Positions 24,741 through 38,884 of a stretch of DNA of 59,314 nt are shown here, piece by piece. Source of the stretch: Leucoraja erinacea (lineage: Eukaryota); NCBI RefSeq assembly GCF_028641065.1, contig NC_073426.1, positions 1,178,001 to 1,237,314 on the forward strand. The letters are read 5' to 3'. The notes under the pieces were generated by a model. That model was given only the letters and a program-made list of their open reading frames with translations. It ran no database searches and was not told the origin of the DNA. The position numbers and the translations under genes are program-made. Numbering within the stretch: position 1 is the first letter of the stretch; each line of letters opens with the position of its first letter.

Positions 24741-26326
24741 AACCCCTATGAAGCCTTGTAAACCCATCTAAACCCATCTAAACCCCCTGTAAGCACCATG
24801 GAAACCCCCCTAAACCGCTGTAAACCCCACGTAAACCTCTCTAAACATCTCTAACCCCTGTAAACAACTCTAAATCCCTCTAAACCACTATAAGCCCCTG
24901 TAAACCCCCTGTAAATGCATCTGAACCCCCCTAAACACCTCTAAAACCCTGTTATCTGCTCTAAACCCCTGTGAACCTCTCTTAACCCCTCCAAACCTCT
25001 CTAACCCCACTGTAGACCCCGCTAAACCCATTTAAAGCCCATCTAAACCCCCCTGTAAACCCCTCTAAAACCCTCTAAACCCATCTAAACCCCTGTAAAT
25101 CCCTCTAACACCCTTGTAAACCCGGTAAACAGTTGTAATCCCGGTAAACCACGCTAAGCCCCAATAAACGCCTCTAAACACCCTATAAAGACCTCTAAAC
25201 CCATCTATACCCATGTAAACACCTGTAAAGACCTGTAAACCCCACGTAAATCCCTCTAAAACCCTGTAAAGCCTACTCAACAGCTGAAAACATCTCTAAA
25301 ACCCTTTAAACCCCTTCAACCCGCTCTAAACCACGCTAGACCTCTCTAAATACCTGTAAACACCCGTAAACACATGTAAAACTATCTAAACCCCTGTAAA
25401 TCCCTCTAAATCGATGTAAATCCCTATAAACCCCTCCAAACTGCTCTAAACCTCTCCAGACACACCCAAACACCATGCAACCCCCCTCTAAATCCCTCCA
25501 AACCCCTATAAAGCCACCTAACCCCATATAAACACCCTGTAAACCCCGTGTAACCCCTGGCTAACTACTCTAGACGCCACTAAACCCGTTAAACCCGCTA
25601 AACCCCTCGAAACCGCTGTAAACTTCTGTAAACTCCTGTAAACCGCTCTAAAGCCTCGTAAACCCCTCTAAACCCCATCTACTCCCCCTGTAAACCCCAT
25701 GTGAACCCCCTAAATCCATGTAAACCCCATATAACCCGCCCCTAAAATACTGTAAACCCCTCTAAACCCCATGTAAACCCCTCTAAACCCCCTGTAAACA
25801 CCATGTACACCCCCTAAACCCCTGTAAACCCGTCTAAACATCTCTACGCCTGTAAACACCTGAAAACCCCATGTTAACCCCTTTAAACACATGCAAACCC
25901 CTCTAAATCCTTTGAAGCCACTCGAAACCTCTCGAAACACGAGTAAACACCTGTAAACACCATGTAAACCCCCCCTAAACCCCTGTAAACCCCTCTAAAG
26001 ACGTCTAAACCCCTGTAAACAACTCTAAATCCCTCTAAACCCCTCCAAAACCCATCTAAAACCCTCTAACCCTCTGTACATCCCTCTAACCCCCTGTAAA
26101 TCCCTCTAAACCCATGTAAACCACACTAAACCCCTCTCCACCTGTAAACACCTGTAAACCCCTATAAAGCTCTCTAAAACCCTCTAAACATGTGTAAATC
26201 CCTCGAAACCTCTGTCAAATCTACTAAACAGCTGTAAACATCTCTAAACCCCTCTAAACCTTTTAAACCGCTCTAAACCACTCTAAACCTCTCTAAATAC
26301 CTGTAAACACCTGTAAAACCCTCTAA

Positions 26327-26592
26327 ACATAGAAACATAGAAATTAGGTGCAGGAGTAGGCCATTCGGCCCTTCGAGCCTGCACCGCCATTCAATATGAT
26401 CATAGCTGATCATCCAACTCAGTATCCCGTACCTGCCTTCTCCCCATACCCCCTGATCCCCTTAGCCACAAGGGCCACATCTAACTCCCTCTTAAATATA
26501 GCCAATGAACTGGCCTCAACTACCCTCTGTGGCAGAGAGTTCCAGAGATTCACCACTCTCTGTGTGAAAAAAGTTCTTCTCATCTCGGTTTT
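26327..26592 (-). mobile_element. CR1 3' end inserted in the satellite
   Basis: Near-identical to 7796-8060 and 58440-58680. Confidence 0.85.
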
Positions 26593-29500
26593 AACCCACT
26601 CTAAACCTCTCTAAATACCTCTAAACCCATCTAAAACCCTCCGAACCACTTTAACCACCTCTAAACCCCTCTAACCACCTCTAAACCTCCCCAGACACCT
26701 ACACACTCCTGCAAACCCCCTCTAAATATCTCCAAAACCTTCCAAAGTCCTCCAAACCATCATAAACGCCCCTATAAACACCCTGTAAACCCCATGAAAA
26801 CCCTTCCAAACCCCTCTAAATCCATCTAAACCCTCCTGTAAACACCATGTAAACCCCCTTAATCACCTGTAAACCCCACTAAATCCCGATAAAACCCATG
26901 TAAACCTCCCTAAACCACTGTAACCCTCTCTCAACCCCTGTCAAACCTTTCAAAACCCCAGTAAATCTCTCTAAAACCTTCTACGCACCTATAAACACAT
27001 GTAAACTATATGTAAACTCCTCTAAACCCTCTGTAAACCACTCTATAAACACCTGCAACCACTGTAAGCCTCTGTAAATCTGTCTAATCCCCACTAATCA
27101 CATATAAACCCCTCAAAACCCATCTAACCTCCTGTAAACCTCATTTAAAACCCCCTAAACCCCTGTAAACCTTTCTAATCCTCTATAAACATCATTAAAA
27201 CCCACGAAATCCCTCTAACCCCCTCTAAACCACCAAACCGCTCAAAACCTCTCCAGACCCCTCAAACCGCCCCACATCCCTCTAAACCCCTATAACCCCT
27301 CCCTGTAAACCTCATGTAAACCCTTCTAAATCCGTGAACCACTCTAAACGCCTATAAACCGCAATAAAGCCCGCTAAACCCCTCTAAACCCATATAAACC
27401 CCTCTAAACCACTCTAAACCGCTATAAAGCATTGTAACTCCTTCTAAATCCTCTAAACCCCTGTAAACCATTATAAACCCATGTAAACCTCTCTAAACAT
27501 CTCTAAACCTCTGTAAACATCTCGAAATTCCTCTAAACCACTATAAGCCCCTGTAAACCCCCTGTAAATGCATCTGAACCCCCGCTAAACACCTTTAAAA
27601 CCCTGATAACCGCTCTAACCCCCTGTGAACCTCTCTAACCCCCACTAAACATCTCTAATCCCCTCCGATCCCCTCCAAACCGCCCATCCAAACACCACTA
27701 AACCACATGTTAACCCGTCTAAAACCCTGTAAACCCCTCTCAACCTCTCTAAACCCCTATAAAGCCATCTAAACCCCCCAAAACCCAGTAAACCCCTGTG
27801 AACACCTATAAACCCATATACAGCCCTCTAAACCCCTCAAAACCCATCTAAACCCCCCTGTAAACCCATGTAGACCCCCCCAAACCCCCGTAAACCCCAT
27901 CTAAACCCCCTGTAAACCTATCTAAAACACTCTGAAGCCGTTGAAACCCCTCGAAACATCCCTAAATACATCTAAACACCCGCAATCATCTGTAAACCCC
28001 TCTCTAAACCCATCTAAACCCCTGTAAATCCCTCTAAACACCTCTAAACACTTGTAATCCCCGGTAAACCCCGCCAACCCCCAATAAACGCCTGTAAACC
28101 CCATGTTAACCCATTTAAACCCATGTACATCTCTCTAAAACCCTCTAAACACATGCAAACCCGTCTAAACCCCTCGAAGCCACTCGAAACACCAGTAAAC
28201 ACCTGTAAACTCCATGTAAATACCCCCACCCACCCACAAACCCCCTGTAAACCCCTCTAAACCCCTATAAAGCCATCTAACCCCCTATAAACCCCATGTA
28301 AACCCATCTAAATCCCGGTTAACTACTCTAGACGCCACTAAACCCGCTAAACCCCTCGAAACCCCTGTAAACTTCAGTAAACCGCTATGAAGCCCTGTAA
28401 ACCCCTGTAAACCCATCTACACCGCCCCTGCAAACCTCATGTAAACCCCCCTAAACCGCTCTAAACCCATGTAAGCCTCTAAACCCCTGTAAACCTCTCT
28501 AATACTCTCTCAATACCTGTAAACACCTGTAAACCCCTTGTAAACCCCTCTAAACACCTCTGAACCCCCCCTGTAAACACCATGTACACTCCCCTAAACC
28601 CCTGTAAACCGCATGTTAACCCATTTAAACCCATGTACACCTCTCTAAAACCCTCTAAACACATGCAAACCCCTCTAAACCCCTTGAACCCACTTGAAAC
28701 CTCTAAAAACACCAGTAAACACAGGTAAAACCCCCCCCCCCCCCCCCTAAACCCCTGTAAACCCCGCTAAAGACCTCTAAACCTCTTTAAACAACTCTAA
28801 ATCCCTCTAAACCCCTGAAAATCCCTCTAACCCGCTCTAAACACTTGTAAACCCCGGTAAACCACTGTAAACCCCTCTACATCCCTGTAAAATCATCTAA
28901 ACCTCTTTAAAACTCTCTAAACCCCTGTAAACCACTATGAACCTCTCTACACCTGTAAACACCTGTAAACACCTGTAAACCCCTATAAACATTTCTAAAA
29001 CCCTCTAAACATGCGTAAACCCCTCTAAACCCCTGTAAAGCCTACTAAACACCTGTAAGCATCTCTAAAACCCTCTAAGCCGCTCTAAACCACTCTCCTG
29101 TAAACACCTGCAAATCCCTCAAAACCCCTCTAATCCTCTCCAGACACCTCCAAACCCCTGCAAACCCCCTCTCTAAATCCCTCCAAACCCGCCCTCCAAA
29201 GCCAACCAAACGCATATAAAGCCATCTAACCCCCTATAACACCCTGTAAACCCCATGTAAACCAATCTAAACCGCGGTTAATTACTCTAGACGCCTCTAA
29301 ACCCCTATAAAGCCGCTAAACCCCCTTAAAACCCCTGTAAACACCATGTAAACCCCCAAAACCACTGGAAACTCCTCTCAACCCTTGTAAACCTGTTAAT
29401 CTCTCTAAAACCGTCTACACATCTATAAACACGTGTAACCCCTATGTAAACCCCTCTAAACCCCCTGTAAACCTCTCTAAAACACCCTAAACGCCTGTAA

Positions 29501-31589
29501 ACCACTATAAACGTCTGTAAACCCCTCTAATCCCCTCTAAACACATATAAAACCCACTAAACCCCTCAAACCCCATCTAACCCCCCCCCCAACCTCGTAA
29601 AAGCCATCTAAACCCCACCATACCCCTCAAAACCTCTCTAAACCCCTCCAAATCCCTCAAACAGCTCTAAACCTCTCCTGACCCCTCCAAACCGCCCGAA
29701 ACCCTCAAAACTCCATATAAAGCCCTCTAAATCCCTGTGAACCACTCTAACCACATCTAAACCGCAATAAACCCCGCTAAACCCATCTAAACCCCCTGTA
29801 AACACCATGTAAATCCCCTGTAAACCCCCTCTAAAGACCGCTAAACCCCTGTAAACAACTCTAAAGGTCTCTAACCCCCATCTAAACCCTTCTAAACACT
29901 TGTAAACCCCGGTAAACCCCGCTAAGCCCCAGTAAACGACGGTAAACCCCTCTAGACCTATATAAACTAAAACCCTCCAAACCCCTGTAAACCACGCTAA
30001 ACCTCTCTACACCTGTAAACACCTGTAAACCCCTATAAACCCTCTAAACACGTGTAAACCCCTCTAAATCCCTGTAAAGCCTACTAAACACCTGTAAACA
30101 TCTCTAAAACCCTTTAAACCACTCTAAATTCCTGTAAACACCTGTAAAACCCCTGTAGAAAACCTTCTAAACCCCCCCCTGTAAATCCCTCTAACCCCCT
30201 CCAAATCCCTCCAAACTGCTCTAAACCTCTCCAGACACCTCCAAACCCCTGCACACCCCGTAAACCCCTCTAAACACCTATAAAACCCTCTAAACCTGTA
30301 AAAACCCATCAAAATACCTGTAAACACATGTAAACCCCCCTAGCCCCCTGTAAATCCTCTAAACCCAAATAAACCCCTGCACATCCCTCTGAACCCCTGT
30401 AAATCTCTCTAACCCCCTCTAACCCCTTCTAAATACCTATAAGGTCCTCTAAATCCCTTAAATTCCCTCCAAACCACTCTCAACACCTTTAAACTCCTGC
30501 AAACACCCCCTAAACCTGTGTAAACCCCATGTAAACCCCTCTAAACACCTGTAAACCTAACTAAGACCCGCTAAACCCTTGTAACCTCCTCTAAACATAT
30601 CTACGCCTCCAAACATCTGTAAACACCATGTTAACCCCTTTAAACCCCTGTACATCTCTCTAAAACCTCTAAACACATGCAAACCCCTCTAAACCCCTCG
30701 AAGCCATTCGAAACCCCTCTAAACACCAGTAACCTGTAAACACATGTAAACCCACTAAACCTATCTAAACATCTAAAATCCTCTGTACCCCTCTAAACCC
30801 CTGTAAATCATTCTAAACCCCACCAAACCCGGCCAACTCTAAACCTCTCCTAACCCCTCCAAACCACCCGAAACCTCTCAAAACCCCATATAAAGCCCTC
30901 TAAACCCCCTGTGAACCACTCTAACCGCATCTAACCCACAATAAACCCCGCTAAACCCATCTAACCCCATGTAAACGCCATGTAACCCCCCCCTAAACCC
31001 CTGTAAACAACTCTACATCCCTCTAAACCCCTACAAAACCCATCTAAAACCTTCTAAACCATCTAAACCCCTGCACATCCCTCTAGCCACTGTAAATACC
31101 TCTACACCCTTCTAAACCCCTCTAAACCCCTCTAAACCCCGGTAGACCCCGCTAAGCCCCAGTAAACGCCCGTAAACCACTGTAAACCCCTCTAGATCGC
31201 TGTAAACACCTCTAAACCCATGTAAATCTCTCTAAAACCCTCTAAACCCCTCTAAACCTCTCTACACCTGTAAACCCCTATAAACCTCTCTAAAACCATC
31301 TAAACATGTGTAAACCGCTCTAAACCCCTGTAAAGCCTACAAACACCTGTAAACATCTCTAAAACCCTCTAAAACCCTTTAAACCGCTCTAAACCTCTCT
31401 AAATTCCTGTAAACACCTGTAAAATCCCTGTAAAACCCTCTAACCGCCTGTAAATCCCTGTAAACCGATGCAAATCCCTCTATATTCCCTCTATAAAGTG
31501 GGAGCCTGGCACAAAAAATGCGAGCCTGTTACGAAAAGTGTGATCCTGGTGCGAAAAGCGGAGCGCATCATTAAATGGGGATTTAGGGG

Positions 31590-32050
31590 AGGGCACCAGT
31601 AAACAGTGGCGCAGCGGTAGAGTTGCTGCCTCACAGGTTCAGACCCGGGTTCGATTCCGACCACGGCCGCCGGCTGCGCGGCGGTTAATACGTTCTCCCC
31701 GTGACCGCGTGGATTTTCTCCAGAGATGCTGCCTGCCCCGCTGTTACTACAGAGTTTTGTGACCACATATGTTATATCTGCGTTTCTGAGCTCAAGCTAT
31801 CCAGCACGGTGGCACAGCGGTAGAGTTGCTGCCTGACAGCGCCAGAGACGCGGGTTCAATCCCGACTAAGGGTGCTGTCTGTGTGGAGTGTGCACGTTCT
31901 CCCCCAGACCACGAGGATTTTCTCCGACATCTTCGGTTTCCTCCCGAACTCCAAGGACGCGCAGGCGTGTAGATATACAGGTTTAAATGTAAATTGTCCC
32001 CAGTGTGTGTCGGACATCGATTATGTGTGGGGGTCGCTGGTCAGTGCCGA
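31590..32050 (+). mobile_element. Two adjacent tRNA-derived SINEs
   Basis: A box TGGCGCAGCGG (31607) with B box GGTTCGATTCC (about 31648); A box TGGCACAGCGG (31810) with B box GGTTCAATCCC (about 31853); central cgttctcccc..accgcgtgg motif. Confidence 0.75.
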
Positions 32051-32194
32051 CTCGCACAGTTCCTTTTCGAGACCCTTTTGCCCACAGATGCTGTCTGTCA
32101 CGCTGGGTTACTCCAGCTTTTTGTGTATATCTTCGGTTGAAAGCAGCATCTGCAACTTCTACCTGTGCGAAGCTGTTCTTCCGTCTGGACATTT

Positions 32195-33550
32195 GTGGGG
32201 TTTAGAGGGGGATTAGAGGGGTTTAGAGAGGTTTGGGGGGTTTTGAGTGGTTTCGATGTGTTTAGAGGGGGTTTCGATGGGCATAGAGGAGTCCAGAGGA
32301 GTATCAAGGGGTTTAGAGGGGCTTAGGGAGGTTTAGAGGTATTTCGAGGTGTTTAGACGGGTTTAAAGGTGTTTAGAGGGGTTACAGGGGTTTGGAGGGG
32401 TTTAGATGGAATCAGAGGGGTATAGTGCGGTTTAGAGGGGTTTAGACGAGTTTAAACGAGTTTAGAGGGGTTTGGAGGGGTTTAGAGGGTTTTAGATGGG
32501 TTTAGATGGCTTTAGACGGGTCCAGAGGACTTTAGAGGGGTTTAGAGGGGCTTCGAGGGGTAAGGTTTAGAGGGGTTTGTAGGGGTTTTGAGGGATTTAG
32601 AGGGCTTTGGATGGTGTTTGGAGGTTTTAGATGTGTTTAGAGAGCTTTCGAGGGGTTTAGTGGGTTTTAGAGGTTTGGAGGTGTTTAGAGGCGTTTAGAG
32701 GGATATACAGGGGTTAGAGGGGTTTAGAGTGCTTTAGAGGGGTTTTGAGGTGCTTAGAGTGGTTTAGTAAGTAAAGTAAAGTAAAGTAAGTTTATTTATA
32801 TAGCACATTTTTAGTCAACTTGCATTGACCCCAAAGTGCTTTACATAAATTAAATAATAATAATAAACCATAGAAGTAGGTTAAAAAATAAAAATGAATA
32901 ATATGGACACACCACATTTTAGAGTTCAACACTAACGTCCCCCCACAGCAGAATCAAAGCTTTCCACTGTGGGGAAAGGCACCAGAAAGTTAAATAGACC
33001 CGAGACACAACATAATTTACATAAACATCCATCACATTGCTGTGATGGAAGGCCAAAAAAACATCTCTCAACTGCACTCCTCCCCCCATGTCAGAGTCAA
33101 AGTCAAAGCCCCCGGCTGGCGATAGCGATTGTCCCGCGGCCATTAAAGCCACGCCGGGTGATGCAAGGTCGCACACCGGGTCTTGATGTTAGTGCGCTCG
33201 CAGAGTCTATAGGGTTTATAGGGTTTAGAGGGGTTTAGAGGGATCCGAGGGATTTAGAGGGTTTGAGAGAGGTTTATAGGGGGTTTATAGGGTGTTTAGC
33301 GGGGGGTTAGAGAGCTTTAGAGTGGTTTAGATGGGTTTGGGCGGGTTTTAGAGAGGTTTTGACTGGTTTAGAGGTGTTTAGTGGGGGTTAGAGGGGTTTA
33401 GTGGTGATTAGAGGGCGTTAGAAACATAGAAACTACATTCTGTGGCATAGAATTCCAGAGATTCACCACTGTGTCTCATCTCAGTCTAAAAGATTTCCCC
33501 TTTATCCTTAGATTGGGTTTAGAGGGGGTTAGATGGGTTTAGAGGGGGTC
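32195..33550 (-). repeat. Same satellite in the opposite orientation (G-rich on +)
   Basis: gtttagagggg / gtttagaggg variants; interrupted at about 32766-33195. Confidence 0.9.
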
Positions 33551-34539
33551 TAAAGTTGCACTACCTGCTTTTGGTCCATATCCCTCCAAACCTGTCCTAT
33601 CCATGTATCAGTCAAACTTTCTTAAATTTTGGGATAGTACCTGCCTCAACTACCTCCTCTGGCAGCTTGTTCCATACACCCACCACCCTTTGTGTGGAAG
33701 AAGTTACCCCTTAAAATGTTACCTCTTAAAAATACTTCAAACAAAAAACATTTAAATCATACTTCTACAATGCACTAAAAGATGATTTTAATACAACAAA
33801 TTTCAAAAAAGTCCCTACCCCCCTCCCACACCCGCCCCCCACTCGGTTGTTCCACTCCCTCGCCGCCTACCCCCAAGGACAGTGACTCAGCCCCCCTACT
33901 TACAAAAACACTCCACGGCCCCTGAAACCTCAGACGGAGAGCACTACCAGATGTGAGCGGGGAACTGAGGCCAGTTGTCCGTGATGCCTTAACCCCAATC
34001 CTCAGCGATTTGTGTTTCGGAGTTGGCTAATGTTATTGATTTGTAATTAGCCTGATTTGTAATTAGTTGACAAAACCTTAATTTATTAATCCGGAATATC
34101 CAGGGGGATGGGATAAGTGTAATATTAAAATGAGATGCAAGGTGTCAGACTGTCTGTCATAACATACAGCCCCGATAACCCATTATTTCCTTCAGTTAAA
34201 TATTGGGAAGGTAGCACTATTGTCATTTGCCACTCAACTATTATGTTCGTTTACCTCACTGACTATTTCTAAACCCCACACCCCCACCCCAAATTCCTTG
34301 AACAGGTTGAATAAATCTTGTTGTTTTATTAATTGAACACGTAGATGAACATCCTCAAGGAGTGTAATCAGATGGAAACTGATTCAGATGCGATTGGAGG
34401 AAGCTGGCCAGGAATATAAAGAGAAGTTAGGGATAGAATAAAACTAAAAGAAAAGATGTATAACAGAGCAAAGAGTAGCGGGAAGCCAGAGGATTGGTTA
34501 GATGAGGTTGGAGGAGGTGCAGGTGAACCTCAACTGTTT

Positions 34540-35212
34540 AAGAAGGAACAGCGCAACTCCCTTGTCAATTCTTCCCTTCCTCCCGCTCCGCCCCTTCCCC
34601 GGGCACTTTCCCTTGCAACCGCAAGAGATGCTACACCTGTCGCTTTACCTCCCCCCTCGACTCCATTCAAGGACCCAAGCAGTCGTTCCAGGTGCGACAG
34701 AGGTTCACCTGCACCTCCTCCAACCTCATCTATTGCATCCGCTGCTCTAGATGTCAGCTGATCTATATCGGTGAGACCAAGCGTAGGCTTGGCGATCGTT
34801 TCGCCGAACACCTCCGCTCGGTCCGCAATAACCAACCTGACCTCCCGGTAGCTCAGCACTTCAACTCCCCTTCCCATTCCCAATCCGACCTCTCTGTCCT
34901 GGGTCTCCTTCACGGCCAGAGGAACAGCACCGCATATTCCACTTGGGGAGTCTGCATCCTGGTGGCATGAACATTGAATTCTCACAATTCTGTTAACCCA
35001 TGCTTCTCCTCCCCTTCCTATCTCAGCCTTCGGGCTCCTCCTCCTTTTTCCTTTCTTCTCACCGCCTCCCCCCACCCCCTATCAGTCTGAAGAAGGGATT
35101 CGGCCCGAAACGTTGCCTATTTCCTTCGCTCCATAGATGCTGCTGCACCCGCTGAGTTTCTCCAGCATTTTTGTGTACCTTCGATTTTCCAGCATCTGCA
35201 GTTCCTTCTTAA
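34540..35212 (+). mobile_element. Penelope-like element, GIY-YIG endonuclease and 3' region
   Basis: FTCTSSNLIYCIRCSRCQLIYIGETKRRLGDRFAEHLRSV...PVAQHFN. Confidence 0.88.
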
Positions 35213-35214
35213 GC

Positions 35215-35915
35215 AATTTCCCTCCGAGCTGTTTCTTTGCCCCTTCCTCGCGGCCTACCTCGGGCTGGAGCTGCGTTTCCCGTCGGTACCGGCTGGGACT
35301 GCAGCTTCGGCGGTGGCACAGCGCTGGGACACCAACACGGAGCGGGTGATGCCCTACCCGGGTCGCCGTGCGGTAAGCTCCGGAGTGCGGTCACCGCCAA
35401 CTAACATCCGAGGAGCTGTGGCTGCGGGCGTCCGGCCGCGGGCGGTGCTGGATTTGGAGCACCGTGGAGCCTGGGATCCGAGATCGCCAGAGTCGAAGCT
35501 CCAGCCAGCGCGGCCTGAGGACTTCGGGAGCCGCGGTCTCCAGGGAGGAAGTGGCCGCTCCTGACATTTCCAAGATGCTGAGGAGTGTTCACCTGACGCC
35601 GGAGTTCCAGCTTCCCGGCAAGAGGGCCTGAAAACATCGGACTGGCTGCGGGGCCACAAATAGGCCCCGACCTCGAGTGATTCACAGAGGAAGACTTAAC
35701 TTTCTGGTGCCTTTCCCCACAGTGGACATTTTTGATTCTGTTATGGGGGGGGGGGACGTTCTTGTTGAATTCTATAATGTGTTGTGTCATTTTTCTCTTT
35801 TTTAATTTTTCTATAGATGTACGGAAACTTTATTATTTATTTTGTGTAAGGAACTTTAGTTTCAACGCGAGTTGATTTAAACGTGCTATATAAATAAAAT
35901 TTACTTACTTACTTA
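35215..35915 (+). mobile_element. GC-rich non-autonomous retroelement with (TTAC)n tail; related fragment on - at about 32766-33195
   Basis: GC-rich body, shared tggtgcctttccccacagtgg motif, tail gtgctatataaataaa..(cttac)n. Confidence 0.5.
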
Positions 35916-35919
35916 CAAG

Positions 35920-36190
35920 GAAACTATGTGTATCATTAAGATGCCCTCTCATCCTTCTAAATTCCAGAGTATACAAGCCCAGCCGCTCCATTCTCTCAGC
36001 ATATGACAGTCCCGCCATCCCGGGAATTAACCTTGTAAACCTACGCTGCATTCCCTCAATAGCAAGAATGTCCTTCCTCAAATTAGGGGACCAAAACTGT
36101 GCACAATACTCCAGGTGTGGTCTCACTAGGGCCCTGTACAACTGCAGGACTACTTTGCTCCTATACTCAACTCTTCTTGTTATAAAGGCC
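35920..36190 (-). mobile_element. CR1 RT C-terminal fragment
   Basis: LYRALVRPHLEYCAQFWSP..LEFRRMRG. Confidence 0.8.
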
Positions 36191-36299
36191 ATGCAAACCT
36201 CTTCTCTCGAGCTTGGCAGTCTGAATCTAGTGCCATAGCTATTCATAACTGTGATCAAACTGAATCAGGTTTTGACGGTATGATGTGGGAATTGGCTGG

Positions 36300-38878
36300 G
36301 ATAAACTGGCAAATGTACTTAAAGGCTTAACGATATATGCAATGGCAAACATTCAAAGATCCTATGGATGATTTGCACCAATTGTTCACCCCTGTCTGGT
36401 GTAAAAATAAAACAGGGAAGGCGGCTCAACCGTGGCAAATGATGGAAATTTGGGAATGTTAAATCCAGGCATATAAATTGTCCAGACAAAGCAGCAAACC
36501 GGTGGACTGGGAGAAATTTAAAATTTAACAGAGGAGGATAAGGCATTGGTGAGGCCAATTCTGGAGTATGGTGCACAATTTTGGTCGCCTAATTATAGGA
36601 AGGATGTCAACAAAATAGAGAGAGTACAGAGGAGATTTACTAGAATGTTGCCTGGGTTTCAGAAACTAAGTTACAGAGAAAGGTTGAACAAGTTAGGGCT
36701 TTATTCTTTGGAGCGCAGAAGGTTAAGGGGGGACTTTATAGAGGTTTTTAAAATGATGAGAGGGATAGACAGAGTTGACGTGGATAAGCTTTTCCCACTG
36801 AGAGTAGTGAAGATTCAAACAAGAGGACATGACTTGAGAATTAAGGGACTGAAGTTTAGGGGTAACATGAGGGGGAACTTCTTTACTCAGAGAGTGGTGG
36901 CTGTGTGGAATGAGCTTCCAGTGAAGGTGGTGGAGGCAGGTTCATTTTTATCATTTAAAAATAAATTGGATAGTTATATGCACGGGAAGGGAATGGAAGG
37001 TTATGGTCTGAGCGCAGGTGTATGGGACTAGGGGAGAATACGTGTTCGGCACGGACTAGAAGGGTCGAGATGGCCTGTTTCCGTGCTGTAATTGGTATAT
37101 GGTTATATGATAAAGGGATTAATTAAGTGGGGTAAATAGAGCATGAAAGGAAACTTGCGGGGATAATATTAGTGAAGACAAATATAGGCCCCTTACAGTC
37201 AGAAACAGGTTAATTTATAATGGTAAACAAGAAATTGGCAGATCAGTTAAACAAATACTTTGGTTCTGTCTTCACTAAGGAAGACACAAACAGTCTCCCA
37301 GAAATACAAGGGGACCGAGGATCTAGTGGGAGGGAGGAAGTGAAGGGAATCCACATGATTCAGGAAATGTTGTTAGGTAAACTGTTGGGACAGAAGACAT
37401 GTAAATCCCCAGGGCCTGATGGTCTGCATCCGAAACAACACAAGGAGGTGACCCTTGAAATCGCGGATGTATTGGTGATCATTTTCCAATGTTCTATAGA
37501 CATTCAATTAGTTCCTGTGAACTGGAGGGTAGCTAATGTAACCCCATTTTTTAAGAAAGAAGGGATAGAGAAAACAGGGAATTATAGACGTTAGCCTGAC
37601 ATCGGTAGTAGGGAAGATGCTTGAGTCGATTATTAAAAATGTAATAGCAGCACATTTGGAAAGCAGTGACAGGATCGGGCTGAGTCAGCATGGATTTATG
37701 AAGGGAAAATTATGCTTGACTCATTTTCTAGAATTTTTTGAGTATGTAAGAGGGAAAATGGATAAGGGAGAGCCTGTGGATGTGGTGCATCTGGACTTTC
37801 AAAAGGCCTTTGAAAAGAGAACTGGTTGGCAGACAGGAAGCAAAGAGTAGGAATTAACGGGCCCGTTGTAGAATGTCAGGCCGTGACGGGTGGGGTGCCC
37901 ACATGGTTCAATGCTAGGATTTTCAATATAGATTAACGATTTAGACAAAATAATTAAATTTCGCATCTCCAAGTTTGCGGATGTCACCGAACTGGGTGGT
38001 AGTGTGAGCTGTGAGGAGGATTATTTAAGGCTACAGGGTGAGTTAGATAGGTTGGGTGAGTGGGCAGATGCACGGCAGATGCAGTATAATGTGGATAAAT
38101 GTGAGGTCATCCACTTTGGTGGCAAGGACAAGAAGGCAGATTATTATCTGAATGGTGTCAGATTAGGAAAAGGGGAGGTGCAACGAGACTTGTGTGTCCT
38201 TGTACAATTGTCACTGAAAGTAAGCATACAGGTTAGGCAGGCAGTGAAGAAAGCAACTGGCAAGTTGTCCTTCATAGCGAGAGGATTTGAGTATAGGAGC
38301 AAGGAGGTCCAACTGCAGTTGTACAGGGCACTGGTGAGAACACACCTGAGCATCATGTGCAGTTTTGGACCCTAATTTGCGGAAGGACATTCTTGTCATT
38401 GAATGAGTACAGCGTAGGTTCACAGGGTTAATTCCCGGGATGTCTGGACCGACATATGGTGAAAGAATGGATCGACTGGGCTTAAATGAAGGGATTAAGA
38501 AGGATGAGAGGAGATCTTATAGAAACATATACAATTCTTAAGGGTTTGGACAGGCTGGATGCGGGAAGAATGTTCCTGATGTTGGGGGAGTTCAGACATA
38601 TGGGGCACGGTTTAAGAATAAGGGCTAGGTCATTTAGTGTTGAGATGAGGAAAAACTTTTTTTTTAGCAAGAGAGTTGTGAATTTGTGGAATTCTCTGTC
38701 TCAGAAGGCAGTGGAGGCCAATTCACTGGATGTTTCCAAGAGAGAGCTATATATACTGCTTGGGGCTAACGGAATCAAGGGATATGGGGAGAAAGCAGGA
38801 AATGGGTAATGATTTTGGATGATCATATTGAATGGGTGCCGAACGGCTTCCTCCTGCACCTATTTTCTATGTTTCTAT
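36300..38878 (+). mobile_element. Old CR1 LINE with a younger CR1 3' end nested at about 36540-37108
   Basis: KSPGPDGLHP, DFQKAF, KFAD, RRMRGDLIETY, broken by frameshifts; the nested piece ends in a CR1 tail. Confidence 0.85.
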
Positions 38879-38884
38879 ATTTTA

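Larger units (their letters stand above)
20295..31490 (+). repeat. Degenerate telomere-like satellite, ~10-11 bp unit TAAACCCC(T/A)(C/G), C-rich on +
   Basis: About 11 kb of taaacccctc/taaacccctg/taaacacctg variants, interrupted by inserted retroelements. Confidence 0.92.

Noticed and set aside
21376-30327. Gly/Phe/Arg/Val-rich minus-strand ORFs
   Set aside because: Translations of the satellite.
31590-32050. tRNA genes
   Set aside because: A and B boxes are present, but they continue into SINE body sequence and I could not fold a full cloverleaf.
20295-33550. True telomere, telomere-fusion site, or Ig switch region
   Set aside because: The unit is not TTAGGG, the orientation is opposite to a fusion, and it lies outside the J-C intron with few AGCT motifs.
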